From NCBI RefSeq assembly GCF_964213995.1, contig NW_027590170.1, forward strand, positions 434,001 through 498,000: a stretch of DNA of 64,000 bases, read 5' to 3'. Position 1 is the stretch's first letter. Every line of letters begins with the position of its first letter. Both the position numbers and the translations under genes were made by a program. The DNA comes from Mustelus asterias. Lineage: Eukaryota. The notes beneath the pieces were generated by a model. The model did not search any database, was not told the DNA's origin, and saw only the letters and a program-made list of their open reading frames with translations. Shown one piece after another: positions 36,640 to 50,052 of the stretch.

Positions 36640-37325
36640 AAAAGTACAGCACAGAAACAGAACCTTCGGCCCTCCACGAATGTCCCAATCATGATGCCCT
36701 AACGAAAACAAAACCTTCTGCCTTATCCTTCTATTCCCTCCCTATCCATGCAGCCATTCAGATTCCTGTTAAATGTTGCTCATGTGCCCACTTCCAACAT
36801 GTTCTCTGGCAGCGCGTTCCAGGCGCCCATCACTCTCTGTGTGAAAAACCTTCCCCTCACATCTCCCTTGAACTTTCCCCATCTCACCTAGAACCTCTGA
36901 CCCTTTGCAATTCGCAATTCCACCAGAAGTAAAGAAAACCCGACTATCCACCCTGCCTATTCCTCTCATAATTTTGTCGAGTTTATCAGGTCTCCGCTCA
37001 GCCTCCACCTTTCCAGTGAAAACAATCTTAGTTTATTCAACCTCTCATCATTGCCAACACCCCCCGAGACCAGGCAACATCCTGGTGAACCTTATTTGCA
37101 CTCTCTCCAAAGCTTCCATGTCCTTCTGATTGTGTGAGGACCAAAACTGCACGTAATACTCGAAATGCGGCCGAACCAAGGTTTATGTAGCTGGAACATG
37201 ATTTTCCAACTCATGTACTCAATTCCCTGGCTGATGAAGGCAAACATGCCATATGCCTCCTTCAGCAACTTGGCCACCTGTGTTACCACTTTTAGGGAAC
37301 TGTGGACCTGCACGTCCAGATTCCT
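36640..37325 (-). mobile_element. CR1 LINE 3' fragment, decayed (others about 33340-33770 -, 34790-35300 -, 35740-36120 +, 47110-48080 +)
   Basis: VQVHSSLKV..QVAK..KEAYGMFAFISQGIEY motifs with frameshifts. Confidence 0.8.
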
Positions 37326-38248
37326 CTTTATGTTACTGTTCCTAATAAATGTTCCAACAAACAATTCAGAGGCTGAGATAAATAAAGGGAAAAACCAAGC
37401 CCCTCCACGCGCTTTCATATCATTTTCTAAACATACGCTGTTATTTTTATTTTTTTATTGATTTGGTGGTATTCAGGCGCCTGAAGCAAAGCAGACATCA
37501 GTTGACAATGGATGGATAAATGGATGAATAGATAAGCTGGCAATTTCAGAGATAGAGTGGTGTGCTTTTGATAGCTTGTCGGGATGCGTGAAACACCTAA
37601 AGACATAGACACGTCGGTCCCGATATACAGAGAGAATTGGTGCAACAACAGATTGATAAATACAAGTGCATATATAGTGGAATAGACAGATCGACACGAT
37701 TGTGAACGTAAATACATCCACCAAATATGAATGCCAGAAGATTTTATAAAACAAAAGTTTCATTCTCGAAATTAGTCAAAATATTTCTACGCTGGTCACA
37801 AGCTTTTCATCTTGTGCCTCCTCTCCGTTGAAACTTTCGGATTGAACGCGCAGAATTTAATGGATTTACTTCAACACATGGAATCCGCCTTATTTTCTTC
37901 AGTGTAACAACGCTGCACTCTCAATGAGTTGCTTGTGAACATGCACGATGTGTGCACAGGTCATTTATTTCTACACGGCACCCACGGAAGCAAACTTATT
38001 GTGCTGTCCTCCTTTGTCCCTGACAAATGTGGTCTCTATACGTGTATATCTGTGCACGTGTGTATCTGTTTCCAACATATGGTCATGGTGTCCACAGGAG
38101 GGCGCTCTCCGATTATTAGAGGTCACGATCCCCTTCTCGAGAACGCCATTGTTTGCAGACATGAAAATGGGTGGGGAGAAAAAATCGCATTTGTTTCCGG
38201 CTGGTGCAAATGTCAATTGCAGATCTAGTGCAGTCACTGTCTCTGTTT

Positions 38249-38753
38249 CTGGATTTCAGACTGCAACCATGTCTGCCTCTGGTTTCTGTCCGAATCACAG
38301 GTCGGTCAATTTAAACCTTTGCTCTAAATTCCCCATTTCCTTATATTTAAATCATTTCTATCTCTGGGTATTCAACCTCCTCATGTTACTCCTTCTACCG
38401 TCGTTTGTGTGCTGTTCTTTTTCAAAGATGAATGATGGAGTCTCAGTGTACCAGTCAGAAACAGGAGTTGGAGCAGCAGAGGGTGAAGAATCAGCAATTC
38501 CCTGCACGTACTCTGTTCCGAGTTCAGCGAGAGCATATGGCCAGTGCTGCTATCGCCTGTATCCACAGCAAGCTCCTAAGTATCTGCTTAGAGCCGATAC
38601 TTAAGGGAATAAGAAGGCAGCTCCCGGCTTTTAACGCCTCAGCGGGAACCTCAACCGGAGGTGTGAAAATTTGGAGATGACAGACAGCGCCGTGTACGAC
38701 TGCGCACTGGGACCCACAGTGAATGAGCCTTCCGCGGGCCTCATACAAAATCC
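38249..38753 (+). pseudogene. TCR V-alpha/delta pseudogene
   Basis: Putative leader 38249-38300 (CTG start). V 38428-38714 reads SVYQSETGVGAAEGEESAIPCTYS..CYRLYPQQAPKYLL..*..*..DSAVYDCALG. RSS CACAGTG(38715)-23-ACAAAATCC. Confidence 0.85.
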
Positions 38754-39479
38754 AGGTGCTGATTGATAATCAAGAGTTTGAGATCAGGACAACGCATGGG
38801 GTTGAATTTCATATAATATGTACAGATAATGAAGGCATCAATGCAGCGCCATCTGAGAGGCTTTCTTTCGTTGAAGTCAATGATTGTCACTGTTGGTAAA
38901 GATTACATATTACTCTAGGATGGAATTCAATCATTTCCCGATCCCATTCGCACAGACCCGCAGATCTCCTGGATGAATAACTTAATCAATCTGTGCATGT
39001 AAAATTTCTGGATCAGCTGACAATCTATCCCTGTGAATTGAGTCATATAGTGATAGAATCAGAGAAGTATACAACGCAGAAAAGGCCCAGCGGCGCATTG
39101 AGACTTACGTTAATATATTTATTTCACCTTCTACCTTCATTAGGGCGAAAGGGATGGACACGCAGTTCAGAGGAAAGGGATTCAAACCGAGAAAGTGACA
39201 AATGGCTGACAATGTGAGATAGAGCAAGAGAATGTGAAAGAGATAGACACAGCCAGGGATGGAATGTGATTGGAGAGTCAGCCATTATACCCACAACTAA
39301 CCGTGACTGGCCCTCAGCTGACTTCAGAGCTGAGAAACCAGCCAATTGCAGCACGAAGAAACGCCCTTCAATGTCCCGATAAGAGGAGCCGCCTCTGACC
39401 TGAGGTCACTCTGTGATATAAGACTCCATGCAGCAACATATTTTAAATAATGTCGTTGTTTACTGTGCAATCAGGGGCC

Positions 39480-40295
39480 ATGTGTTACCTGTGTGCATTA
39501 CTGATAATAATGGCCATTCTGCCCCGTGAGTCTGAGCTCAAATCCTCACAGTGTGCGTTTCATGGATTATATTCACTCACAGATTTCTCACACATTCCAT
39601 ATCATGTTACAGGAACCAATGGCCAGGAGTCAGTTATGATGTGGAGATGCCGGCGTTGGACTGGGGTGAACACAGTAAGAAGTTTAACAACACCAGGTTA
39701 AAGTCCAACAGGTTTATTTGGTAGCAAAAGCCACACAAGCTTTCGGAGCTCCAAGCCCCTTCTTCAGGTGAGTGGGAATTCTGTTCACAAACAGGGCATA
39801 TAAAGACACAGACTCAATTTACATGAATAATGCAACCATTATTCATGTAAATTGAGTCTGTGTCTTTATATGCCCTGTTTGTGAACAGAATTCCCACTCA
39901 CCTGAAAAAGAGGCTTGGAGCTCCGAAAGCTTGTGTGGCTTTTGCTACCAAATAAACCTACAGGAGTCAGTTTCCCAGGAGCCGCCTGAATTACGGTTGA
40001 GGAAGGACAGACGGTAATACTGAACTGCAGTTACGAAACAAAATATGCAGGCAATACTCCCTTCTGGTACATCCAGTATCTTGGGAAAGCTCTGAGATAT
40101 TTACTGAGGAGTTACGGCAAAGGGAAGGGGGGATAATTCTACCGATTTCCTTGACCGGTTTTCTGCTGATTTGGAGCAAGACAAGAAAACGGTTCCGTTA
40201 AATATCACCCGGGTCTGTCTCTCTGACTCTGCCGTGTATCACTGTGCGCTGATCCCCACACTGTTACAGAGGCACAGTCAGTCCGTACAAAAAAC
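39480..40295 (+). pseudogene. TCR V-alpha/delta pseudogene interrupted by a Penelope pLTR palindrome
   Basis: Leader 39480-39525 MCYLCALLIIMAILP. V from 39613 reads TNGQESV[insert]SQEPPE, -1 frameshift, TVEEGQTVILNCSY..FWYIQY.GKA.RYLL..LSDSAVYHCAL. RSS CACACTG-23-ACAAAAAAC. TGAGGTCA CRE-like motif at about 39401. Confidence 0.88.
39636..39960. mobile_element. Penelope pLTR inverted pair (hairpin) with 12-bp TSD
   Basis: Same family as the pLTR at about 10090-10286. Arms 39710-39832 and 39837-39959. TSD CAGGAGTCAGTT at 39624-39635 and 39961-39972. Confidence 0.92.
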
Positions 40296-41184
40296 AGCAA
40301 AGGCACTCTCACCTCGTCTCACTGTATCAGACCTGTGACCCTGGATTGTGAACTGTTAATATAACGGAAACACATTAAAAAAGGCCAACTTGCTCGAATG
40401 CTTTATTTCTGCGGCGCTGAATGTGTGTCGCTCTCTGTAAAATCCGTCATCATATCTGTTTCCGAGCATTTCAAGAACGGGGAAGCTCTGGTGCTGTTAT
40501 GGAAACAACATGAACTGTTACCCATAAGTGAACAAAGCAAAGATTAACTCTGATAAAGAAACAAAATTGTTTTTAATACCCAACATTACTATTCTCCATC
40601 ACAGAGAGACGTAGTTTATTCAAGCAGGGTGGCATAGATTGATGGATATTAAGGCAAATAAGAAATATGGGGATATGCAGGAAGGTGTATGTGCGGTAAA
40701 TCCACCATGGTCTTGTTGAACGGCGGTAGCGGGCCCGAGTGAAGGAACTAAACGTTCACTCCAGTTCCTATTCCCTATTCTCTGATGTCCTTCTGCCCAG
40801 TGCATTGTTCTGAGAACAGATTCAAATAGTTCCGTGCTCCTCCCTCTGACGTCATGTTTTAAAGAACAAACACACTGTGAGCTGGTTGGATGAAATGTAG
40901 GACAAAGGAATCGTGAGCTGATTCGGGATCTCCTGTTGGTTCTGTCAGGAATGATTCAATCGCAAGTGAGGTCGGATATTACTCAACATCTTGTGAAATC
41001 TGAAATCGAGCAATTAAGCTTCAACTTGCTGAGTTCACATCCAGCATTGGTTCTGTGAACATGTTGGCTTTAAGAAATCCTCACAGCTGCAGCGCTCTTA
41101 ACTGGCAAATTCCTAAATTGAAGAATGTTCACTTTGCTCGCGATATGGACTTGGAAGTCATCCATTTATCTGCTTTTTCACTGA

Positions 41185-43308
41185 TTTGATTTGATTTGAT
41201 TTATTATTGTCACAAGTATTAGCATAGAGTGAAAAGTATTGTCCTTTGCGCGCTATACAGACAAAGCATACCGTTCATAGAGAAGGAAACGAGAGAGTGC
41301 AGAATGTAGTATTACAGTCATAGCTAGGGTGGAGAGAAAGATCAACTTAATGCAAGGTATGTCAATTAAAAAGTCTGACGGCAGCTGGGAAGAATCTATC
41401 ATTGAGTCGGTTGGTACGTGACCACAGACTTTTGTATCGTTTTTCCCGACGGAAGAAGGTGGAAGAGAGAATGTCCGGGATGCGTGGGGTCCTTAATTAT
41501 GCTGGCTGCTTTGCTGAGGCAGCGGGAAGTGTAGACAGAGTCAATGGATGAGGGGCTGCTTTGCGTGATTGATTGAGCTATATTCACAACCTTTTGTAGT
41601 TTCTTGGGCAGAACAGGAGCCATACCAAGCTGTGATACAACCAGAAATAATATTTTCTATGGTGCATCTGTAAAAGCTGGTGAGAGTCTTAGCTGACATG
41701 CCAAATTTCCTTCGTCTTCTGAGAAAGTGGAGGCGTTGGTCGGCTTTCTTAACGAAAGATCGGCGTGCGGCGGGAGGGGGGGGGGTGGGGCGGGTGCAGG
41801 ACAGCTTTTTGGTCATCTGGACACCTAAAAACTTGAAGCTCTCGACCATTTCTATTTCGTCCCCGTTGATGTAGACAGGGTCAGGTTCTCCTCTACGCTT
41901 CCTGAAGTGGATGACAATCTCCTTCGTTTTGTTGACATTGAGGGAGAGATTATTGCCGCCGCATCAGCTCACAAGATTCTCTATCTGATTCCTGTACTCT
42001 GTCTCGGCATTGTTTGAGATCTGTCCCACAACGGTACTGTCGTCAGAAACTTGAAAATTGAATTGGAGGGGAATTTCGCCACACAGTCATAAGTGTACAA
42101 GGAGTATAGTAAGGGGCTGAGAACACAGTCTTGTGGGGCACCGGTGTTGAGGACGATCGTGGAGAATGTGTTGTTGCCTACCCTTCCTGATTGTGGTCTG
42201 TGAGTTAGGAAGCACAGGATCCAGTTGCAGAGGGAGGAGCCCAGGCCCAGGCCACCGAGTTTGGAGATGGGTTTCGTGGGAATAATGATGTTGAAGGCTG
42301 AGCTGTAGTCAATGAATCGGAGTCTGACATAGGTATCTTTGTTATCGAGGTGTCCCAGGGATGAGTGCAGGACCAGGGAGATGGCGTCAGCTGTGGGCCT
42401 GTTGCAGCGATCGGCAAACTGTAGTGGATCCCCGGCGGCCGGGAAGCTGGAATTGATTCGTGCCATGACTAGCCTTTCAGAGCACTTCATAATGATGGAT
42501 GTCAGAGCCACGGGACGATAGTCATTGAGGCACTCTGCTTGGTTTTTCTTAGGTACCGGGATGCTGGTCGTCTTCTTCAAGCAGATAGGGACCTCAGATT
42601 GTTGTAAAGAGAAGTTAAAAATGTCTGCAAATACCCCCGCCAGCTGATCCACGCAGGATCTCAGTGCTCGTCTGGGTACCCCATCTGGTCCAGTCGCTTT
42701 CCGAGAAAGTTGCTCTGACATCTGCAATGGTGACGCCAGATACAGGTTCATCCAGAGCTTCCAGGGTGGAGGGCATGCTCCCGTTGACCTCTTGCTTAAA
42801 ACGGGCATGAATGCATTGAGCTCGTCAGGGAAGAGTGCATTGGAGCCGAGATTTTACATGTCTTCATCCTGTATCCTGTTATGTCTTGCAGACCTTGTCA
42901 TACATGGCGTGGATCTGTGTGGCTAGCCTGGAACTCTAGTTTGGTGCAGTACCGTCTTTTGGCATCTTTAACGGATCTCCTTGAATCGTATATGGCTTTC
43001 TTGTAAAGGTCAGTGTCGCCTGACTTGAATGCCTCAGACCTGGACTTCAGCAAGCATTGGATATCCCTGTTCATCCATGGTTTCCGATTGGGGAACACGC
43101 GGATTTGCTTTTTTTGCACACAGTCTTCTGCATGCTTACGAATGAAGTCAGTTACTGCAGTGGCGACTCGTTCAGGCTAGTCCCAGAGTTTTTAAATACT
43201 GACCAGTCCACTGACTCCAAGCAGATTATCCAATTCCATTCTTTGACGGATTCTCCCGCTTCAGTTTTGCTTGTAAGCTGGGTGTAGGAGCTCAACCTTG
43301 TGATCTTG
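41185..43308 (-). mobile_element. Rex/Babar-type LINE, 5'-truncated and frameshifted
   Basis: [72 protein letters not shown]; (TGATT)n tail at 41182-41203. Confidence 0.88.
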
Positions 43309-44520
43309 GGATGCGGTGTTTTTGGATTTCCAAAAGGCGTTTGATAAGGTGCCCCATAAAAGGCTGCTGAAGAAGATTAGGGCACACGGAGTTGGGGGTA
43401 GTGTGTTAAAGTGGATTGGGGACTGGCTATCCGACAGGAAGCAAAGAGTCGGAATAAATGGGTGTTTTTCCGGTTGGAGGAAGGTAACTAGTGGCGTGCC
43501 GCAGGGATCGGTACTCGGGCCGCAACTATTTACCATTTATATAGATGATCTGGAAGAGGGGACGGAGTGTAGGGTAACGAAGTTTGCAGACGACACAAAG
43601 ATAAGTGGAAAAGTGAATCGTGTGGAGGACGGAGAAGATCTGCAGAGAGATTTGGACAGGCTGAGTGAGTGGGCGAGGATATGGCAAATGGAGTATAACG
43701 TTGATAAATGCGAGGTTATACACTTTGGAGGAAATAATAACAAATGGGATTACTATCTCAATGGAAACAAATTAAAACATGCTACCGTGCAAAGGGACCT
43801 GGGGGTCCTTGTGCATGAGACGCAAAAGCCCAGTCTGCAGGTACAACAGGTGATCAAGAAGGCAAATGGGATGTTGGCCTATATCGCGAGGGGGATAGAA
43901 TATAAAAGCAGGGATGTCTTGATGCACCTGTACAGTGCATTGGTGAGGCCGCAGCTGGAATACTGTGTGCAGTATTGGTCCCCTTATATGAGGAAGGATA
44001 TATTGGCATTGGAGGGAGTGCAGAGAAGGTTCACCAGGGTGATACCGGAGATGAGGGGTTTGGATTATGAGGAGAGGCTGAGGAGATTGGGTTTGTACTC
44101 GTTGGAGTTTAGAAGGATGAGGGGGGATCTTATGGAGACTTATAAGATAATGCGGGGGCTGGATAGGGTGGAGGCGGAGAGATTCTTTCCACTTAGTAAG
44201 GAAGTTAAAACTAGAGGACACAGCCTCAAAATAAAGGGGGGTCGGTTTAAGACAGAGTTGAGGAGGAACTTCTTCTCCCAGAGGGTGGTGAATCTCTGGA
44301 ATTCTCTGCCCACTGAGGTGGTGGAGGCTACCTCGCTGAATATGTTTAAAGCGCGGATGGATGGATTCCTGATCGGTAAGGGAATTAAGGGTGATGGGGA
44401 TCAGGCGGGTAAGTGGTACTGATCCACGTCAGATCAGCCATGATCTTATTGAATGGCGGGGCAGGCTCGAGGGGCTAGATGGCCTACTCCTGCTCCTATT
44501 TCTTATGTTCTTATGTTCTT
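43309..44520 (+). mobile_element. Young CR1 LINE 3' fragment (different subfamily)
   Basis: Unbroken 368-aa ORF LDFQKAFDKVPH..GVPQGSVLGP..FADD..LVRPQLEYC; (TTCTTATG)n tail. Confidence 0.93.
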
Positions 44521-45958
44521 AAGTTGCTGTGAAAATCCGCTGGTCACCACGCTTCACTGCCTGTTTAGGTAATTAGCCGAAGAATTAGCATAGCCAATCC
44601 AACTACCGTGCACAACTTTGGACTCTGGGAAGAAACCAGAGCATTCACAGGAAACCCCCACAGAAACACAAAGAACGTGCAGACTCCACACAGACAGTGA
44701 TCCAAGCCAAGTATCGAACGCTTGTCTTTCGCACTGTGAGTAGCCCCCCCGCCCCCCCCCCCCACTCCCCACCCGTCACCCCCACCCCCACTCCCACCCC
44801 GGGTTATGTTTGCTTTCAATTCCCGCTCAGGAAAAGAAGAATCATTTGCCGTTTCCAATTTTGAGGTTCATGGACAGGGTGAACGGAAAGCACCTCTTCC
44901 CCTTGGTTGCGAAGTTAATCATTGCTCTCAGCAAACGGTTAAAAGTAATCTGATTTAAACTCTGATGTAAAGCAGATCAGCAGAATCAAGTTTGCAAGTT
45001 TACTTCAGAGCTGGAAATGTCAAGAGCAAACACAGAAAGAGAAGAACAGTGAGAGATTGTAATGAGGTGGAGCTGCTGGCAATGTGGGGTGGGCACAGAA
45101 ATAAATCTAATAACTCCAAGTTAAAGTACAATAGGTTTATTCGGAATCAATCGCTCAAAGAAGCAGCGCTCCCTCAGCTGGTGATTCCAAATAAACCTGT
45201 TGGACTTTCACCTGGTTGTTGTGAGACTTCTAAAAGTAATAGATTGCAAATCGCTGAGGACAGCGATGGTGAAGCAAGGTAAAATCTGGAAGAGAATGGA
45301 TCAGATTTCACCGTTTATACTGACAATGAATTGTAAAACTTTGAAAACAATCTCACTCTGTAATGAACAATCTTTGGAAATATTTATGTCCGGTGTCGCA
45401 ACCTCGGAACCAAACGTGATAACTGCAGTGGAGCGTTTGTTGTCATTATCTGAACACATTCAATTATGGATGGTGACAAAATAACAAATAGAACGTGGAT
45501 AAATCAAATTGTAAAACACGCTGCAAGATGCTTGTCTGGGGGTTAGAGTTTGATACTTCACTGCTGTTTTAATTGCAGGTCAGAAAATGAAGATTTATTG
45601 CTCTCGTCCTAACCGTGAAAATAAATATCGGATATTTCCTGGAAGAACAGAGAAAGCTCAGTCTCGCTTCGTGTCCGTCCTTTCTGAAGTGAAGACCGTG
45701 ATCAAATTCAACAGGAAGTTTTATTTTCATTTCGCAGGAGATTGGGAAACAGGCAAGGTTAAGGTAGTTTAAATGGTGCCGACCCTTCACTGCAGCTCAT
45801 TTTGTTTCAGACTGGAGTTGGAATCTATTTGTTACACAGTTCAGGATTACCAGATTCAGCGAAGGAGCAGATTCAAGCCTTCTGATGGCCTTTCCCAGCT
45901 CCGTTGCTTCTAATGTATTTCAGTAACAATAACAGTAAATAACACACTTACCATGTTG

Positions 45959-46041
45959 TTTAGCGTGGCCGAGTGGTCTACGGCGCTGGACATAATACTC
46001 TAGTTGCTGCAGAAAAGTTTCTTCGAATCCCATCGTTGACA
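45959..46041 (+). pseudogene. tRNA-Leu pseudogene
   Basis: TAGCGTGGCCGAGTGGTCTACGGCGCTGGA...TTCGAATCCCATCGTTGACA; anticodon and variable arms disrupted. Confidence 0.7.
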
Positions 46042-46591
46042 GAATTGTTGTTTGCTTTGGCCCTTGCAGCTGAAGATAAACAGCTCAGATTGAATGTAGC
46101 AGTGTGGGTGGTGTCGTTCCTGGTAGGAAAAAAGAGGAGGAACAGTGCCAATTAAACAGTTGTTGGGGTAATGGAGAATGTGTGCAAGGAGTGTAGTTGC
46201 TCCTATAGGGGGAACATACGGATACACCGGCTGAATGACTGGCTGCCGATATAAGCAACAGTGAGACTGTATTCCCGGCCCAGGGGTTAAGCTCTGGATA
46301 AAAGCAAATTACTGCGGATGCTGGAATCTCTGAAAGTGAGTCATCTGGATTCGAAGCTACAGCTCTTTTCTCTCCTTACAGATGCTACCTGACCTGCTGA
46401 GGTTTTCCAACATTTTCTCATTTGGTTCCAGGGAGAAATGTGATGAATTTAGATTTTCCAAGTGAAGTTCAAATCCTGTCATGTACGCTTCCCATCATTC
46501 CTCATTGTGACTATGTTTTTAGGGAAAGTTATTTGAATTAAAGCAATGGGTACGGAGATGATCATCTCATTACCAATGTGTCACATCAGCT

Positions 46592-46655
46592 TCCCTGAGA
46601 GCATAGTGACCAGGATTCGGCGCAGTGGCCCCACGTTCAATTTCCAGTCATGGAG
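46592..46655 (+). pseudogene. tRNA-Glu-like pseudogene lacking most of the anticodon arm (paralog at about 57006-57066)
   Basis: TCCCTG..TAGTG...AGGATTCGGCGC..GTTCAATTTCC. Downstream flank 46740-46870 is homologous to 57140-57280. Confidence 0.6.
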
Positions 46656-49600
46656 TCAATCATCTTTTGTTCAATTCTTCATTTATTGAAAACACGACTC
46701 ACAGAGCCTGTGAAGGGAGAAACAAGGTTAATCCTCCAGCTGTATGAACTTGTATCAGAGCTGGAAAAATCAAAGGTGTAACATTAACAATAAACTCTGC
46801 AGAAGAGTCAGATGATACACACACGACGCACATGTCAAATCTTGCCACTTTCAAGTTGCGTCTTTTAACTTGCTTCCCCTGTGACTGAGGGAAGTGCAGT
46901 TGACGTAGTTTGTTTTGTTTTAGCAAAGCACTGAGAAGGTCCCACAAGGGAGACTGATTGAGAATATAGAAGCACTTGGAATTCAGGAAACTGGGCGAGA
47001 TGGATCGGAAAATGTCTTCATAACAGGACACATAGGGTAGTGGTAGAAGTCCGTTCGAATTAATGGAGGTTAGAGCACAGTGGCCTACGAGAGGTTTCAG
47101 TGCTGAGACGCTTTTTGTTTGTTACTTGCATAAATAATACAGATAATAAGTTGAGGGGAATTATAAGAAGTTTGCAGCTGGTACAAAGATTGTTGGCGTG
47201 GTTAATATTGAAGACGAAAACCCTATGTTAAAGGAAGATCTCGATAGGTTGGTCAGATGGAACGAACAGTGGCAGATGGTGTATTAACCAGATAAGTGCG
47301 AGGTGATGCACTTTGGGAGAAATAATAACACCGGTGACTATTTAATGAATCGCAGGACATTAGGAAGCTCAGAGGAACATGTGGATTTGGAGTACTTATA
47401 AACTGATCCCTGAATTTGGCAGAGTAGCTGAATAGGAGAGCTACGACGGCATAAGGGACACTTGTTTTTATCAGTCGTGGCACAGAATATAAGGGCAAGG
47501 AATTAACGTTGGTGTTGTATAGAGCGGTGGTTAGGCCAGTGCTGGAGTACTGTGCGCAGTTCTGGCCAGCTCACTATAGGAAGGATATGATTGCACTAAC
47601 AGGGGAACAGAGCAGATTCACCAAGATTTTTCCTGGGACGGAGCATTTGAGCGAAAAGGGGGAAGTGGATAGGGTTGGATTGTTTTCCTTTGAGCAGAGA
47701 AAGCTGAAGGAGTGCGGGGGCTGATTGTGGCATATATGTTTGAGGTTCATGGACAGGGTGAAGGGAAAGCGGATCTTCCCCTTTGTTGAGATGTTAATCA
47801 CGACGGGGCATAGTTTTAAGCTAAGGGGCTCGAGATTCGGCAGGTATCTTTTTCACGAAGAGGTTGTTGGGAATGTGCAGTACAGCGCCTGGGAAGGTAT
47901 TGGAGGCCGGAAAAATTACAAACTTTAAAAAGTGTCGGAATGATCACTTGAAAAATAATAGCATTCAAGGATATGGGACACGTGCTAGAAAATGGGATTA
48001 GCGCGATGTTGGTGGCAGTTATTGTCGTTGCACACTCGATGGGCCAAACCGTCTCTACTGCGCTGTACGACTCTATGACTAAGCACAGTTCACAGTGAGG
48101 AGAAATGCAACATGTCCTCTGTCAGTGACCAACGCCTCTGCTGATAATCCGACCTATCAAGGAAAAAAAGGCACAACCAAACTGAGGAGAAACCGTGATA
48201 ATGCGGGGATTGCGGGAAGGGATTCAAGTAACATAAAGTAAGAGACAAATGAATGGGGAAAGAAGAGCGAAAGAAAATAGGACAGAGATTAATATATCAA
48301 ATGTTGAACTCAATTTTGATTTCTCCTGGCTTTAACGTGTCCCCTTTTCATTTGGTAATACAGTATTACATTTCTCTTTCAGTTCAGATGAAAGGTCAGA
48401 GAGCTGTCACCTGATCATCTGTTTCTCTCTTCACAGGGCCAAGTCTGATCTGCTGGGGACATGAGATTCACAGTTTTACATTCCAGTCTGGTGTGGATTT
48501 TTAATGAGAAGCTCCTTTAATTGAGAAAAATAAATGCATATAGGATTCTGACTTGAAACAACATAAGCTGCACTCGTGAGTGAGAGAAACATTTTCAGAT
48601 TTGACGATGTCCGTCAAACCGAGTTTAAAGAGTTAGGACGTTGTATTTGCATATTTTCAATCCACCAGAATTATTCCTGCATCGAGGGAATTTTACACTA
48701 TTGAAACCAAAATATTGGTAGCCATTCCAATTTCGGTTCAGTTGCAAACCGACCTCCTTGCACAGGTCCTGCCGTCTCCCAGAACAGTTCCAGAGCTCTG
48801 GAAGTCTGAAGACCTCACTTCTGCACCTATTCTCCAGACGTGTATTCTTCTGAAGTAACCACCTATTTCTGCACTCACTGACACGTGGCACCGGAGTAAT
48901 CCAGAGATTACGAACTTCTGTTTTTTATTTTTTATTTGATCTACTTCTTGGCTCCCTGAACTCTGCTTGCAGGATTTCCTCGCTTGTTCCATTATTTAGT
49001 TGAAATCAATACTTACCACGGTTTCTGTAGCCATCTCCACCCCCTCCACCCTCCCCTACCCCCTCCACCTTCAGAAAAAGCTGCAGCCGTTTACTGACAT
49101 TCTGACCCTGGCACTAGGGAGGCAGCACACCATCCCAGAAATGTTAAGTCTTTTCTCCATAGGATTGAATCCCTCCCTCTATAGCAATGCCATTTTCCTC
49201 CTCCCCTATTGTGCAGCAGACCCATGCATGTTGCCACGACGTTGACTTTCACTGCTTTCCCCGGCACAGTCAGCCTCCCTCCCGCTCCACCGCGAAAGAA
49301 TCAGTAGAGCAGTCCCCTTCCCGCTCCCCGCCCCCCCCCCCCACCCCCCTCCCCCACCACCCCCACCCCCCCCCCCCCCCGCCGCGAAAAGAACAGTAGC
49401 CAAAACGTTAAAGCTGCCAGATGACCACAGGCCAGTCCTGAACTACCTTCCTTCCTCTACTCCGCCTCGTGGTCACCCATGGGCTTTCTGCCTTTTCAAC
49501 CTTCACCTGCGGTGTGGTCACTTTCGGAACGTGTTATCGACGACTTACTCAGCCATGGGGATGCCCACATTGAATCTTCTCAGCCTCAGCTTCGAAATGT

Positions 49601-49778
49601 GGTTAGCCAGTTGCTACGTTTGGACACACTTCCTGAACACCTGGTCACTAGTGACACCTGAAACTTGCACTGTTGCCATATCGAACAGTCGTAGGTGCAA
49701 GCTCTCCTGCCATGACTACCCTTAAGCCCATCCCTCTAGCCCCCAACCGCTCCAGACCCGCCTCCACCACCTGCCCAA

Positions 49779-49779
<1 letters not shown>

Positions 49780-49820
<41 letters not shown>

Positions 49821-49821
49821 A
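49780..49821. repeat. (CT)n(CA)n microsatellite
   Basis: Visible directly. Confidence 0.9.
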
Positions 49822-50052
49822 AAGCCGCAACACCGCACCAATTGGCTGCCTGAACACGTCAGAAAAGTTAGCTGGCAATCGCAGTTTGCATGTTGTGTAT
49901 GGGATTCATGGTCATGTGTTGGTAAATGCGGTAATAGGACGTATCAAATTAATTGAATGTGCAGCGTACATTTCCATACAGTATAGAATTTGGACGTAAT
50001 ATCCAGTACAAACATGCCTTCTGATCCTCATTGTGATTGCTGGCGCAGAACA

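Noticed and set aside
48625-48992. Possible additional V or other exon
   Set aside because: No Cys/Trp/YYC pattern, no RSS and no recognisable family.
49180-49720. Proline/glycine-rich ORFs
   Set aside because: Poly-C tract within what looks like a decayed Penelope-like ORF; no splice structure.
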